A stretch of 56,058 bases of DNA, from sequence record DRR378314_232. One strand, written 5' to 3'. Positions 38,850-47,588 of this stretch are shown one piece after another (the first letter of the stretch is position 1; every line of letters begins with the position of its first letter). The notes under the pieces were generated by a model that saw nothing but the letters and a program-made list of their open reading frames with translations, searched no databases and was not told the DNA's origin. The translations under genes and the position numbers were made by a program.

Positions 38850-40028
38850 TTGAACAAATATATACTAACATCTGAAATTCAAGATTTTATAAACAAAAAT
38901 TTAAGGACGGAACTTATAACTATTTTGTTAAAACCCTTGAACCTTGAAGGTGTTAGCAACAAGGAAATTGCAGAACAAATTGAAGCCAAGAACAGATGCT
39001 TGGATAAGCTTCCCACCTGGTTTGGCACTGAGAATATCTACTACCCCAACAAATTAAATATTGAACAGACTTCCTCCGAAACAACCGCCAAATATAAAAC
39101 CGGGATAATAAGTGGGACAGCACTATTGGACATGACCGGCGGCTTTGGGGTGGACAGTTATTTTTTCAGCCTCAATATAGGACAGGTACATCATTGTGAA
39201 ATGAACATGTATCTATCCCAAATAGCGGCACACAACTTTAAGGTTTTGGGCAGGACAAATATTTTTACCCATGCCATGGATGGCATAGATTTTTTAAAAA
39301 ATTCGAAAGTTGAGTTTGACTGGGTATTTATAGATCCTTCCCGTAGAAATGATGCCAAAGGCAAGGTTTTTTTGTTGTCGGATTGTATTCCGAATGTACC
39401 GGATAACCTAGATACTATTTTGTCCAAGGCGAAGAAAATAATGATAAAAACCTCCCCACTTTTGGACCTATCGTCCGGCCTTCGGGAGTTGCACTTCGTA
39501 AAGGAAATACACATTGTTGCGGTTAAAAATGAAGTAAAGGAAATCCTATGGATATTGGAACAGGGCTATGATAATGAGGTTTTGGTAAAAACGGCAAACC
39601 TTGGCGGATCAGAAATGGAAAAGTTCAACTTTTCACTTGATGATGAAATATTAGCACACTCCAATTTCTCGGATCCCCTTGAATATTTATACGAGCCCAA
39701 TTCGGCCATTCTAAAGTCGGGGGCCTTTAAGACCGTAGGGGATAAATTCAATATATATAAGTTACATGATCACTCGCATTTATACACCCAAAATCAATTA
39801 TTGGATTTTCCTGGCAGGAGGTTTAAAGTTATCAAGACCATTCCCTTCAATAAAAAAGAATTACAAAAACTGAACCTAAAAAAAGCAAATATTACCATTC
39901 GGAATTTTCCGATAAGTGTGGCCGAAATAAGGAAAAAGTTTAAGATTAAGGATGGTGGGGAGGTCTATCTGTTTTTTACCACCAACCCGAAGGGTGAAAA
40001 AATTGTGGTTGAATGCCACAAAATTTAA
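38850..40028 (+). CDS. Class I SAM-dependent methyltransferase with C-terminal THUMP-like domain
   Basis: TTG start; EQTSSE, DMTGGFGVD, IDPSRR, YEPN.AILK.G. Confidence 0.85.
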   Translation: MNKYILTSEIQDFINKNLRTELITILLKPLNLEGVSNKEIAEQIEAKNRCLDKLPTWFGTENIYYPNKLNIEQTSSETTAKYKTGIISGTALLDMTGGFGVDSYFFSLNIGQVHHCEMNMYLSQIAAHNFKVLGRTNIFTHAMDGIDFLKNSKVEFDWVFIDPSRRNDAKGKVFLLSDCIPNVPDNLDTILSKAKKIMIKTSPLLDLSSGLRELHFVKEIHIVAVKNEVKEILWILEQGYDNEVLVKTANLGGSEMEKFNFSLDDEILAHSNFSDPLEYLYEPNSAILKSGAFKTVGDKFNIYKLHDHSHLYTQNQLLDFPGRRFKVIKTIPFNKKELQKLNLKKANITIRNFPISVAEIRKKFKIKDGGEVYLFFTTNPKGEKIVVECHKI

Positions 40029-40274
40029 GCTAGTGGGAACTTGCTGCAATAAACTAAACTAGGTGACTTCACTCCCCGATACAATTCGGGACGTTACAAA
40101 AAAGCAACTCCTATTGAAGTGACTAGATCAGTTATATCAAGGCTTATCACTATTACTTAAATCACGAATCGCAATAACATTAATACAAAGTCTAGAAGTT
40201 AAGAGATGGAGTGCTTGGGTGTCCAAGAAATCTTATTTTTCCGAGCCAAGGTTTGCGCTTTCTACCACTTTTGG

Positions 40275-40330
40275 CTTCTCCTTTCTAGGGGAAGGTGGAT
40301 TCTCGACCAGGAGCCGAGGAGACGGAAGGG
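40275..40330. repeat. GC-rich double-hairpin REP-like element
   Basis: CTTCTCCT-ttct-AGGGGAAG stem, then TTCTCG...CGAGGA stem, ending GGAAGGG, within a 355-bp convergent intergenic region. Single copy in this window. Confidence 0.4.
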
Positions 40331-40383
40331 ATTGGATGCCCAATTAATTTTAGACTACTATAATAAGAATCCCTGACACGCCT

Positions 40384-41133
40384 TTAATCGCAATCCCATT
40401 TAAAATTGGCCACCTTGTCATTGGAGGCAGTACCCAAATTGTAATGCCACCACTCCGTTCTTATGGACCAAAATCCATATTTTTCCATGGTTTCCTTTAA
40501 CAACAACCTATTATCCAGGACATTCTTAGGTAGATCCAAATTGTCATGGTAAGCCCTTTTTCCAAAAAAATCAAAATCGGTCCCCATATCCAACTCATCC
40601 CCGCCCAGGGTAACCAAAGTAATATCCACTGCGCCACCCTTGTTATGTATAGATCCCTTAACAGGGTCGGCAACGTACTGCGGATTGGGGACTATGGCCC
40701 ACATTTTATATTGTACATCGTTTGGGCGATAACAGTCAAAGAACTTTATTTTAAATCCTTTGTCCATAAATTCCTTATTGGCCAAAAGCAGTGCCCGGGC
40801 CGTTTTAACCCTAGTGTAACATTCCGCACAATCGTAGACCTTGGCCTTTAAAAAATTATTTTCTGTGGCATAGCGCAGGTCGTACACAAAATCCTCGCTA
40901 TAATCGGCCAACCTTACAAACAAAGTATCGGCCAGCCCGTCTAGGGATTTAAGATTGGTTTTGGGAACTTCCTCTTTCATCACTTTCCGAATTTTTACGG
41001 AATCCTTTACCTCAACCGACTTTTCCACATCTTCCTTTGGATTCTTGTTCACCACAACTTCCTTACAACCAAAAGAAAGGGTCAATAATGCCAAAAGTAC
41101 CATTCCCTTAAAAACTGTATGCTTCCTGTCCAT
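40384..41133 (-). CDS. D-alanyl-D-alanine dipeptidase (M15D, VanX/DdpX-like) lipoprotein
   Basis: LRYAT.NNF, DCYRP, SIHNKGGAVD, DMGTDFD, EWWH; lipobox SFGC. Confidence 0.92.
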   Translation of the reverse strand: MDRKHTVFKGMVLLALLTLSFGCKEVVVNKNPKEDVEKSVEVKDSVKIRKVMKEEVPKTNLKSLDGLADTLFVRLADYSEDFVYDLRYATENNFLKAKVYDCAECYTRVKTARALLLANKEFMDKGFKIKFFDCYRPNDVQYKMWAIVPNPQYVADPVKGSIHNKGGAVDITLVTLGGDELDMGTDFDFFGKRAYHDNLDLPKNVLDNRLLLKETMEKYGFWSIRTEWWHYNLGTASNDKVANFKWDCD

Positions 41134-41201
41134 ATATTATATTGCCAATTTTTATTCCAATCATCCCCCTCTATTTATCAGCTCCGCCACAACAAATAAA
41201 C

Positions 41202-41229
41202 AAAAAAAGCCCCGAAACTGGGGCTTTTT
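41202..41229. terminator. Rho-independent terminator downstream of the GMC module
   Basis: AAAAAAAGCCCC-GAAACT-GGGGCTTTTT. Confidence 0.85.
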
Positions 41230-41294
41230 ATAAATCCAATAGGTCCCAAAAATAATTAATGATCCTTCCCTATTATTATCAATTTTTAGGAGGC

Positions 41295-42014
41295 CTAAGT
41301 TAAAAGATTGCCCTTTTCATCCCAAGTAGCGATTTCGTTTCTGGTGCTATGATCGATACATTTGGCTACCCATTCTGGATCATAGGCTACCCCGTGCTGT
41401 TCCAACACATCCTCTGGAACTCCATCCCATACGTTGGGCGTATTTCCCTTATAGCCCAGTTCGGCAACTCCCACTTTGGAGGAATAATAGCCACAAACCG
41501 TTAATCCGCGCATCAAATAGAAGAACTGTATTTCGAGCGGTTGCACGTCCAATGGTTTGTCTATATCATGATAGCAAATGGTATCCAATATCTGCTTTTG
41601 CTGATCCAAGGTGGCCAATTTAAATTCGGTTCCAAATTCGGCATTGCTCTTATGGTCCAACCACATAAGCCCCCCTTTAAGGGTCAGTTGCAGTTCAGGG
41701 ATGTCCTTGCCCATAAACTCTATAAATTCAGGGACCTCTGCCTCAATAGGCCCACCATTAGGTTCCCTGGGAGGAAGTATTATCGTGCTCAATACTGCTA
41801 TGGTTTCCATCTCATGTTCGGTAAAGAGCTGTTCCGCATTTAATTTTTCAATAAGTTCCAACTCCTCTGGGGTACGACCAAAATAATGGGTGTTTTCGGC
41901 CGCTGCTACGGCTTCCTTTGCTGTATCGGTTCCATCTGTCTTACAGCCATGAAAGGCCAAGGCAGATGCGCCCGCACCTAGAATTATTGTCTGTATACTC
42001 TTTCTTCTATCCAT
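41295..42014 (-). CDS. Gluconate 2-dehydrogenase subunit 3 family protein (Tat small subunit), copy A
   Basis: MDRRK Tat-like leader; VPEFIEFM, GGLMWLD, GYYSS..G..LGYKGN. Confidence 0.88.
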   Translation of the reverse strand: MDRRKSIQTIILGAGASALAFHGCKTDGTDTAKEAVAAAENTHYFGRTPEELELIEKLNAEQLFTEHEMETIAVLSTIILPPREPNGGPIEAEVPEFIEFMGKDIPELQLTLKGGLMWLDHKSNAEFGTEFKLATLDQQKQILDTICYHDIDKPLDVQPLEIQFFYLMRGLTVCGYYSSKVGVAELGYKGNTPNVWDGVPEDVLEQHGVAYDPEWVAKCIDHSTRNEIATWDEKGNLLT

Positions 42015-42017
42015 GGT

Positions 42018-43739
42018 CTAGATATTTTGCTGTTTTAATTGTTCAATAATATAATCACTGGCGCGCCAAGATAATGCCAAAATGGTCCAGGTACAGTTCT
42101 TATCCGCCTGGGAGGTAAAAGGTCCCGCATCCACTATAAACACATTCTGTACATCATGCAATTGATTGAATTTATTAGTGACCGATGTTTTGGGGTCATT
42201 GCCCATTCTGGTGGTTCCTACTTCGTGGATAATACGCCCGGGAGCTTCAAGCCCGTAATCGCGATCCTTGCCCGGCTTTTCCCCTAAAGGCTCCGCCCCT
42301 ATATTGTGAAAAATCTCCTCGAAGGTGTCCTGCATATGCTTGGCCTGATTTTTCTCAAACTCGGACCATTTGTAATTAAACTTCAATACCGGAATACCAA
42401 ATTGATCCACTGTGGTAGGGTCTATCTCACAATAATTCTCCTTACGGGCAATGCCTTCGCCCCTACCGGCTATACCTAGTACGGATCCGTAATATTTTTT
42501 AACATCGTCCCGTAAGCTATCTCCATAGCCCCCTACTTTGAGCCCGAAGAACTTATTGAATTCATTGGGGTTAAAACTAAAACCATAGCCAGGCATCTTC
42601 ATACCACCGCCTACTTCGATATGGTAGCCTCTTGGAAAATCCAACTTGGAGTTATCCCCCCACCAAGGAGAATACACATGGTTACTGCCCACTCCGTCCT
42701 CATTATAGGATACTTTTCTGTTCATCAAGGCCGGAACAAAAGCAGCCCTACTGGCACCGGTAGAATCGTGCAAATATTTACCAACCAGATCACTGCTATT
42801 GCCCAATCCGTTTGGATGTTGTTTACTTTTCGAATTCAATAGAATACGGGCAGAACTACAGGCGGAAGCCGCCAAAACCACAACCTTGCCCCTTAATTTA
42901 TACTCTTTCCTATCATCCTTACTGATGTAGGACACCCCTGTTGCCTTGCCTTCTTCGTCGGTAGTCACTTCCCTTACCACACAATTGACGAATAATTTGA
43001 TACGCCCCCCGCTTTTTTGGGCAGGGAATATTAAACAACTTCCTGATGAGAAATCGGCATAGACGGAACAGGAACGGGAACATTGTCCGCAGTAAAAACA
43101 CACACCACGCTCCGCATTAATTCTTTTGGTAAGCATGGAAAGTCTACCTGGAATAGTAGGTATTCCCGCCTTTTTAGCTCCATTTATATAGAAAATTTCA
43201 TGTAATCTTGGTTTTGGCGGAGGAAGGAAAAAACCATCTGGATCATTTTCCAGTCCTTCATTGGTACCAAACACCCCGATCAATTTATCTACCTTGTCGT
43301 AATACGGTTTTACATCCTCATAACCTATAGGCCAATCCTCTCCATGACCGTCCCTGGACTTCCCCTTAAAATCCTTTGGTCCAAAACGCAGGGAAATCCT
43401 CCCCCAGTGATTGGTACGTCCCCCCAACATATGGGATCGGAACCAATCGAATTCGGTACCAGGCTCACGGGTATAAGGTTCCCCTTCTATCTCCCAACCG
43501 CCATATGCAGCATCAAATTCCCCAAATGCCCGGGTAGTACCCCTTCCCCTTCTAGGCGATTCGTAATTCCATTTTAACTGATTCATGGTTTTCGGGTCTG
43601 CCGGGTCAAAAAATGGCCCAGCCTCGACCACCGCAACATTGAGGCCGGCATCTGCCAACTGCTTTGTGGCCATACCGCCACCTGCACCCGAACCAACAAT
43701 TATTACATCATAAATTTCTGAGGATTCTTTTATCTGCAT
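42018..43739 (-). CDS. GMC family FAD oxidoreductase (glycoside 3-dehydrogenase-like), copy A
   Basis: GSGAGG FAD motif, LGGRTNHWGR, CFYCGQCSRSC, HEVGTTRMG. Confidence 0.92.
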   Translation of the reverse strand: MQIKESSEIYDVIIVGSGAGGGMATKQLADAGLNVAVVEAGPFFDPADPKTMNQLKWNYESPRRGRGTTRAFGEFDAAYGGWEIEGEPYTREPGTEFDWFRSHMLGGRTNHWGRISLRFGPKDFKGKSRDGHGEDWPIGYEDVKPYYDKVDKLIGVFGTNEGLENDPDGFFLPPPKPRLHEIFYINGAKKAGIPTIPGRLSMLTKRINAERGVCFYCGQCSRSCSVYADFSSGSCLIFPAQKSGGRIKLFVNCVVREVTTDEEGKATGVSYISKDDRKEYKLRGKVVVLAASACSSARILLNSKSKQHPNGLGNSSDLVGKYLHDSTGASRAAFVPALMNRKVSYNEDGVGSNHVYSPWWGDNSKLDFPRGYHIEVGGGMKMPGYGFSFNPNEFNKFFGLKVGGYGDSLRDDVKKYYGSVLGIAGRGEGIARKENYCEIDPTTVDQFGIPVLKFNYKWSEFEKNQAKHMQDTFEEIFHNIGAEPLGEKPGKDRDYGLEAPGRIIHEVGTTRMGNDPKTSVTNKFNQLHDVQNVFIVDAGPFTSQADKNCTWTILALSWRASDYIIEQLKQQNI

Positions 43740-43748
43740 TTTTGGAAT

Positions 43749-43859
43749 GAATTAATTATGAACTTCAATATAGATTTAAAACGAAATTAAATTAGAATTT
43801 TTTATTCAAACAACCTGAAAATTCATGTATTTTGACATAAAACCATCAATAATTGATAA
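43749..43859. repeat. Duplicated upstream region of the GMC module, copy A
   Basis: Aligns without gaps to 47371-47481; 94/111 identical by manual count. Confidence 0.9.
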
Positions 43860-43999
43860 TATATCATTAGAAGGGGTAAATCCTTGTAATTATCATTTAG
43901 GATTACAGCCCAATTCCTTTTTATAGCACTGCATGGCAGAAAAAAAATATGACTATTGGTTCTTTTTCCCAGCAAGCTGCTTCCCAACAGCCAATAAAC

Positions 44000-44027
44000 A
44001 AAAAGGCCTCCGTGAAGAGGCTTTTTA
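44000..44027 (-). terminator. Rho-independent terminator
   Basis: Minus strand AAAAAGCCTC-TTCACG-GAGGCC-TTTTTT, downstream of the TIM-barrel gene. Confidence 0.75.
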
Positions 44028-44057
44028 AGTCAATTTCAATAAATGGAATCGATAATA

Positions 44058-44888
44058 TTACAAACCTTCCAAATACCTTAAACTCTTGGGTACCTGTTCC
44101 ACAACCCTGGAACATTCGTCCTCTATGAACATGTACTTGATGCCCAACTTCTTAGCTTCGGCAACAACACCGGCTATATCTACTTCCCCGGTTCCCAAAA
44201 CCACATTGGTTTCTACATCGGCATGGCCGGTATTATCTTTTTTAGTACCTTTTTCCATATCCTTTAAATGCAATAAAATGAATTTGGAAGGATACTTTTT
44301 AAGCAATTTTAGGGGATCCTCACCTCCGTGATGCACCCAGTAAACATCCATTTCAAAATCGAAATATTTGGCATTCTGCGCCATATAATCAAATAGGGTC
44401 CCGTCCTTATAGGGCCTAAATTCAAATCCATGGGCGTGATATGCCAATTTTATTCCATTATCCCTTAAAATCTTTCCAGCCCTGTTAAATACCTCAACGG
44501 CCTTTTGGGTATCCGAAATATCAAAATTGTTGCCATCGTGAGGGATCCAGGCGCACATCACATAGGTAGCTCCATAACTTTTGGCCTTTTTTACAACCTC
44601 CTCCGGCGCATTTGCCAAATCGTTGAACCCGGCACCAACACTGACCACCTTTAAGTTATTTTTGGCAAGCAGCCCCTTAAACTCTTCCTCTGGCATCCCG
44701 TAGCTATCCCCTCCTTCCAGAACGGTAATACCCCAGTCGTTTATCAATTTTAAGGTACTGGGAATATCTTCCTTAAACTGATTTCTAAGGCTGTACAATT
44801 GTAACCCCACCTCTTGGGCCAAAACATTTGTAGTTCCGAAAAAAACTATGGCTATAAAAAATAGCCATAGAAGTTGTAATTTTTTCAT
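44058..44888 (-). CDS. Sugar phosphate isomerase/epimerase family (AP endonuclease 2 TIM barrel), secreted
   Basis: Signal peptide; GLQLYSLR, YHAHGFEF, EMDVYW, HLKD, G.G.VD, FIEDE. Confidence 0.88.
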   Translation of the reverse strand: MKKLQLLWLFFIAIVFFGTTNVLAQEVGLQLYSLRNQFKEDIPSTLKLINDWGITVLEGGDSYGMPEEEFKGLLAKNNLKVVSVGAGFNDLANAPEEVVKKAKSYGATYVMCAWIPHDGNNFDISDTQKAVEVFNRAGKILRDNGIKLAYHAHGFEFRPYKDGTLFDYMAQNAKYFDFEMDVYWVHHGGEDPLKLLKKYPSKFILLHLKDMEKGTKKDNTGHADVETNVVLGTGEVDIAGVVAEAKKLGIKYMFIEDECSRVVEQVPKSLRYLEGL

Positions 44889-44931
44889 AGTGTGTAGAAT
44901 TACTTATATCCTTTAAACAACTTAACACTCT

Positions 44932-45639
44932 CTAGGTTAGCAAATTACCTTCATCATCCCATTCCGCCATATCATTGCGCTTACTTTGGTCCACACATTT
45001 GGCAAGCCATTCGGGATCATAGGATTTTCCATGCTTGGCCAACACATCTTCCGGCACTCCGTCCCAAACGTTGGGGGAATTACCTTTATAACCTAAATCC
45101 TCAATACCTTCCTTGGAGGTATAATATCCTGTTACGGTTAAATTGCGAATCAGGGAAAAGAATTGTTGCTCATATGTTGGATTTTCCTTGTCCGGAAAGG
45201 CAATGGCATCCAAAATCTCCTTTTGCTGTGCCTCGGTAGCTGTTTTAAATTCCACTCCATAATCCTTATTACTTTTGTGGTCCAACCACATTAGACCCCC
45301 TTGCAACGGGGTTTGATAAGCGGGGATATCCTTGGCCATGAATTCAATAAAATCTGGCACTCCGGCATCGGTAGCACTGCCATAGGTTCCGTTGGCAGGT
45401 AAAATTAAAGCACATAAAACACCCAAAGTGGCCATTTCATGTTCATTAAAAAACTGTTCTGCGTAAAGTTTTTTCAGCAATTCTTTTTCTTCCGGGGTTC
45501 TCCCGAAATGTTTTTCTTCCTGTACCAAGGCCTCTGCCGCTCCGGCCTCGCCTTCTGTTCCCGGCTTACATCCATTTATGGCCAATCCGCCTGCTACACC
45601 ACCAAGAATAATGGACTTTATACTTTTTCTTCTATCCAT
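44932..45639 (-). CDS. Gluconate 2-dehydrogenase subunit 3 family protein (Tat small subunit), copy B
   Basis: MDRRK leader; paralog of 41295-42014 sharing HFGRTPEE/YFGRTPEE, PNVWDGVPEDVL and GNLLT. Confidence 0.88.
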   Translation of the reverse strand: MDRRKSIKSIILGGVAGGLAINGCKPGTEGEAGAAEALVQEEKHFGRTPEEKELLKKLYAEQFFNEHEMATLGVLCALILPANGTYGSATDAGVPDFIEFMAKDIPAYQTPLQGGLMWLDHKSNKDYGVEFKTATEAQQKEILDAIAFPDKENPTYEQQFFSLIRNLTVTGYYTSKEGIEDLGYKGNSPNVWDGVPEDVLAKHGKSYDPEWLAKCVDQSKRNDMAEWDDEGNLLT

Positions 45640-45643
45640 AATA

Positions 45644-47362
45644 CTAGATATTTTGTTTTTTCAATTGCTCAACTATATAATCTGACGTTCTCCATGCCAA
45701 GGCCAAGATCGTCCATGTAGGGTTCTTATCCGCTTGGGAAACGAAGGGTCCTGCATCAACAATAAAAACATTATCCACATCGTGCATTTGTTCCCATTTA
45801 TTGACCACAGAAGTTCTAGGATTGTCCCCCATCCTTGTGGTACCCACCTCATGGATTATTTCTCCAGGGTTAAGCAAACCATAATCCTTGTCTTTTCCGG
45901 CCGGCTTCCCGATGACCTGTCCCCCCATATTGTGGATTATTTCCGCGAAGGTTTCTTGCATATGCTTGGCCTGTAGACGTTCGTGATCGGACCACTGGTA
46001 GTTAAAGCGCAAAACTGGAATACCAAATTCATCTACCTTCCCCGGATCAATTTCGCAATAGTTACTTTCCATGGCTATAGATTCGCCACGACCTGCAAAA
46101 CCAATCATTGCTCCGTAATATTTCTTTACATCCTCCCTAAGGACATTGCCATAGCCACCAACTTTTTCTCCAAAGAACTCGTTCATGGCATTTGGGTTAA
46201 ATCCGAAGCCGTAGCTTGGCATCCCCATTCCACCCCAAATTTCTATATGATAACCTCTGGCGAAATCGAGCTTCTTATTGTCCAACCACCAAGGGGTATA
46301 GACATGCATCCCTCCAACACCATCTTCGTTGTATGTTTTTCTGTTCATCAGTTCAGGGACAAATCCGGTCATTCCTCCCCCTGTGGAATCGTGAAGGTAC
46401 TTCCCTACCACACCGCTACTGTTTCCCAGTCCGGCCGGATGTTGTTTACTTTTGGAATTCAACAGGATTCTTGCGGTACTACAGGCCGATGCGGCCAGTA
46501 CTACAATTTTTCCCTTTAATCCATATTCCTTGCGATCCTCTTTGTTGACATAAAGTACCCCTGTGGCCTTACCTTCATCATTGGTAGTTACCTCGCGTAC
46601 CATAGCGTTCACAAAAAGATCTATTTGACCTCCGTTCTTTTGCGCAGGGAATATCAAACAACTTCCTGCCGAAAAATCCGCATATATCTGACAAGACCTT
46701 CCACATTGTCCGCAATAAAAACATACTCCACGGTCGTTGTTTATCTTTTTCGTTACCATGGACATCCTTGAAGGAATTACTGGAATATTGGACTTTCTGG
46801 CTCCGTCTATATAATACAGTTCATGCAATCTCGGCTTCGGCGCAGGAAGGAAAAACCCGTCCGGTTCGTTTTCCAAACCTTCTTTTGACCCAAAAACACC
46901 TATTAACTTGTCTACCTTATCATAGTACGGCTTTACATCCTCATAACCAATTGGCCAGTTTTCCCCAAGACCATCAATATCCTTGTGCTTAAAATCGCGC
47001 TCACTGAAACGCAAGGAGATACGTCCCCAGTGATTTGTTCTACCCCCTAGCATACGAGACCTAAACCAATTAAATCTTGATCCGTTTTTTTGGGTATAAG
47101 GCTCCCCTTCAATTTCCCAACCGCCATATGCAGCATCATATTCCCCAAATGCCCTAGTGGTACTTGCTCCTCTACGTGGAGATTCATACGGCCATTTCAA
47201 TTGTGTTATCTGTTCTGGATTTTTAGGATCAAAAAACGGCCCCGCTTCCACTACGGCCACTTTTAGCCCCGCTTCGGACAACACTTTTGTGGCCATACCA
47301 CCACCGGCACCAGACCCAACTATGATGACATCATAAATAGTTGATGTTTCTTTTATCTGCAT
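45644..47362 (-). CDS. GMC family FAD oxidoreductase (glycoside 3-dehydrogenase-like), copy B
   Basis: GSGAGG, LGGRTNHWGR, CFYCGQCGRSC, HEVGTTRMG, KNPTWT. Confidence 0.92.
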   Translation of the reverse strand: MQIKETSTIYDVIIVGSGAGGGMATKVLSEAGLKVAVVEAGPFFDPKNPEQITQLKWPYESPRRGASTTRAFGEYDAAYGGWEIEGEPYTQKNGSRFNWFRSRMLGGRTNHWGRISLRFSERDFKHKDIDGLGENWPIGYEDVKPYYDKVDKLIGVFGSKEGLENEPDGFFLPAPKPRLHELYYIDGARKSNIPVIPSRMSMVTKKINNDRGVCFYCGQCGRSCQIYADFSAGSCLIFPAQKNGGQIDLFVNAMVREVTTNDEGKATGVLYVNKEDRKEYGLKGKIVVLAASACSTARILLNSKSKQHPAGLGNSSGVVGKYLHDSTGGGMTGFVPELMNRKTYNEDGVGGMHVYTPWWLDNKKLDFARGYHIEIWGGMGMPSYGFGFNPNAMNEFFGEKVGGYGNVLREDVKKYYGAMIGFAGRGESIAMESNYCEIDPGKVDEFGIPVLRFNYQWSDHERLQAKHMQETFAEIIHNMGGQVIGKPAGKDKDYGLLNPGEIIHEVGTTRMGDNPRTSVVNKWEQMHDVDNVFIVDAGPFVSQADKNPTWTILALAWRTSDYIVEQLKKQNI

Positions 47363-47370
47363 ACTATAAA

Positions 47371-47481
47371 GAATTAATTTTGACGCTCAATATAAGTTTA
47401 AATCGATATTAAATTAAAATTTTTTATCCGAACAACCTTAAAATTCATGTAATTTGACACAAAACCACGGATAATTGATAA
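47371..47481. repeat. Duplicated upstream region of the GMC module, copy B
   Basis: Gap-free match to 43749-43859. Confidence 0.9.
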
Positions 47482-47588
47482 AATAATGATTTGCAAAGTC
47501 ATTAATGGAAAAAACATGAAGTCAATATTAATTTCCTGGACTGTTACATTAAGTACTTCCCTATTTTAAAGGAGTGCATACCTTTAAA

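Noticed and set aside
40384-41133. vanX as a glycopeptide resistance gene
   Set aside because: No vanHA or vanRS neighbours; a lone lipoprotein M15D dipeptidase is ordinary in this group.
43921-44115. 64-aa ORF between the GMC modules
   Set aside because: It overlaps the TIM-barrel gene end and crosses its terminator; no motif.
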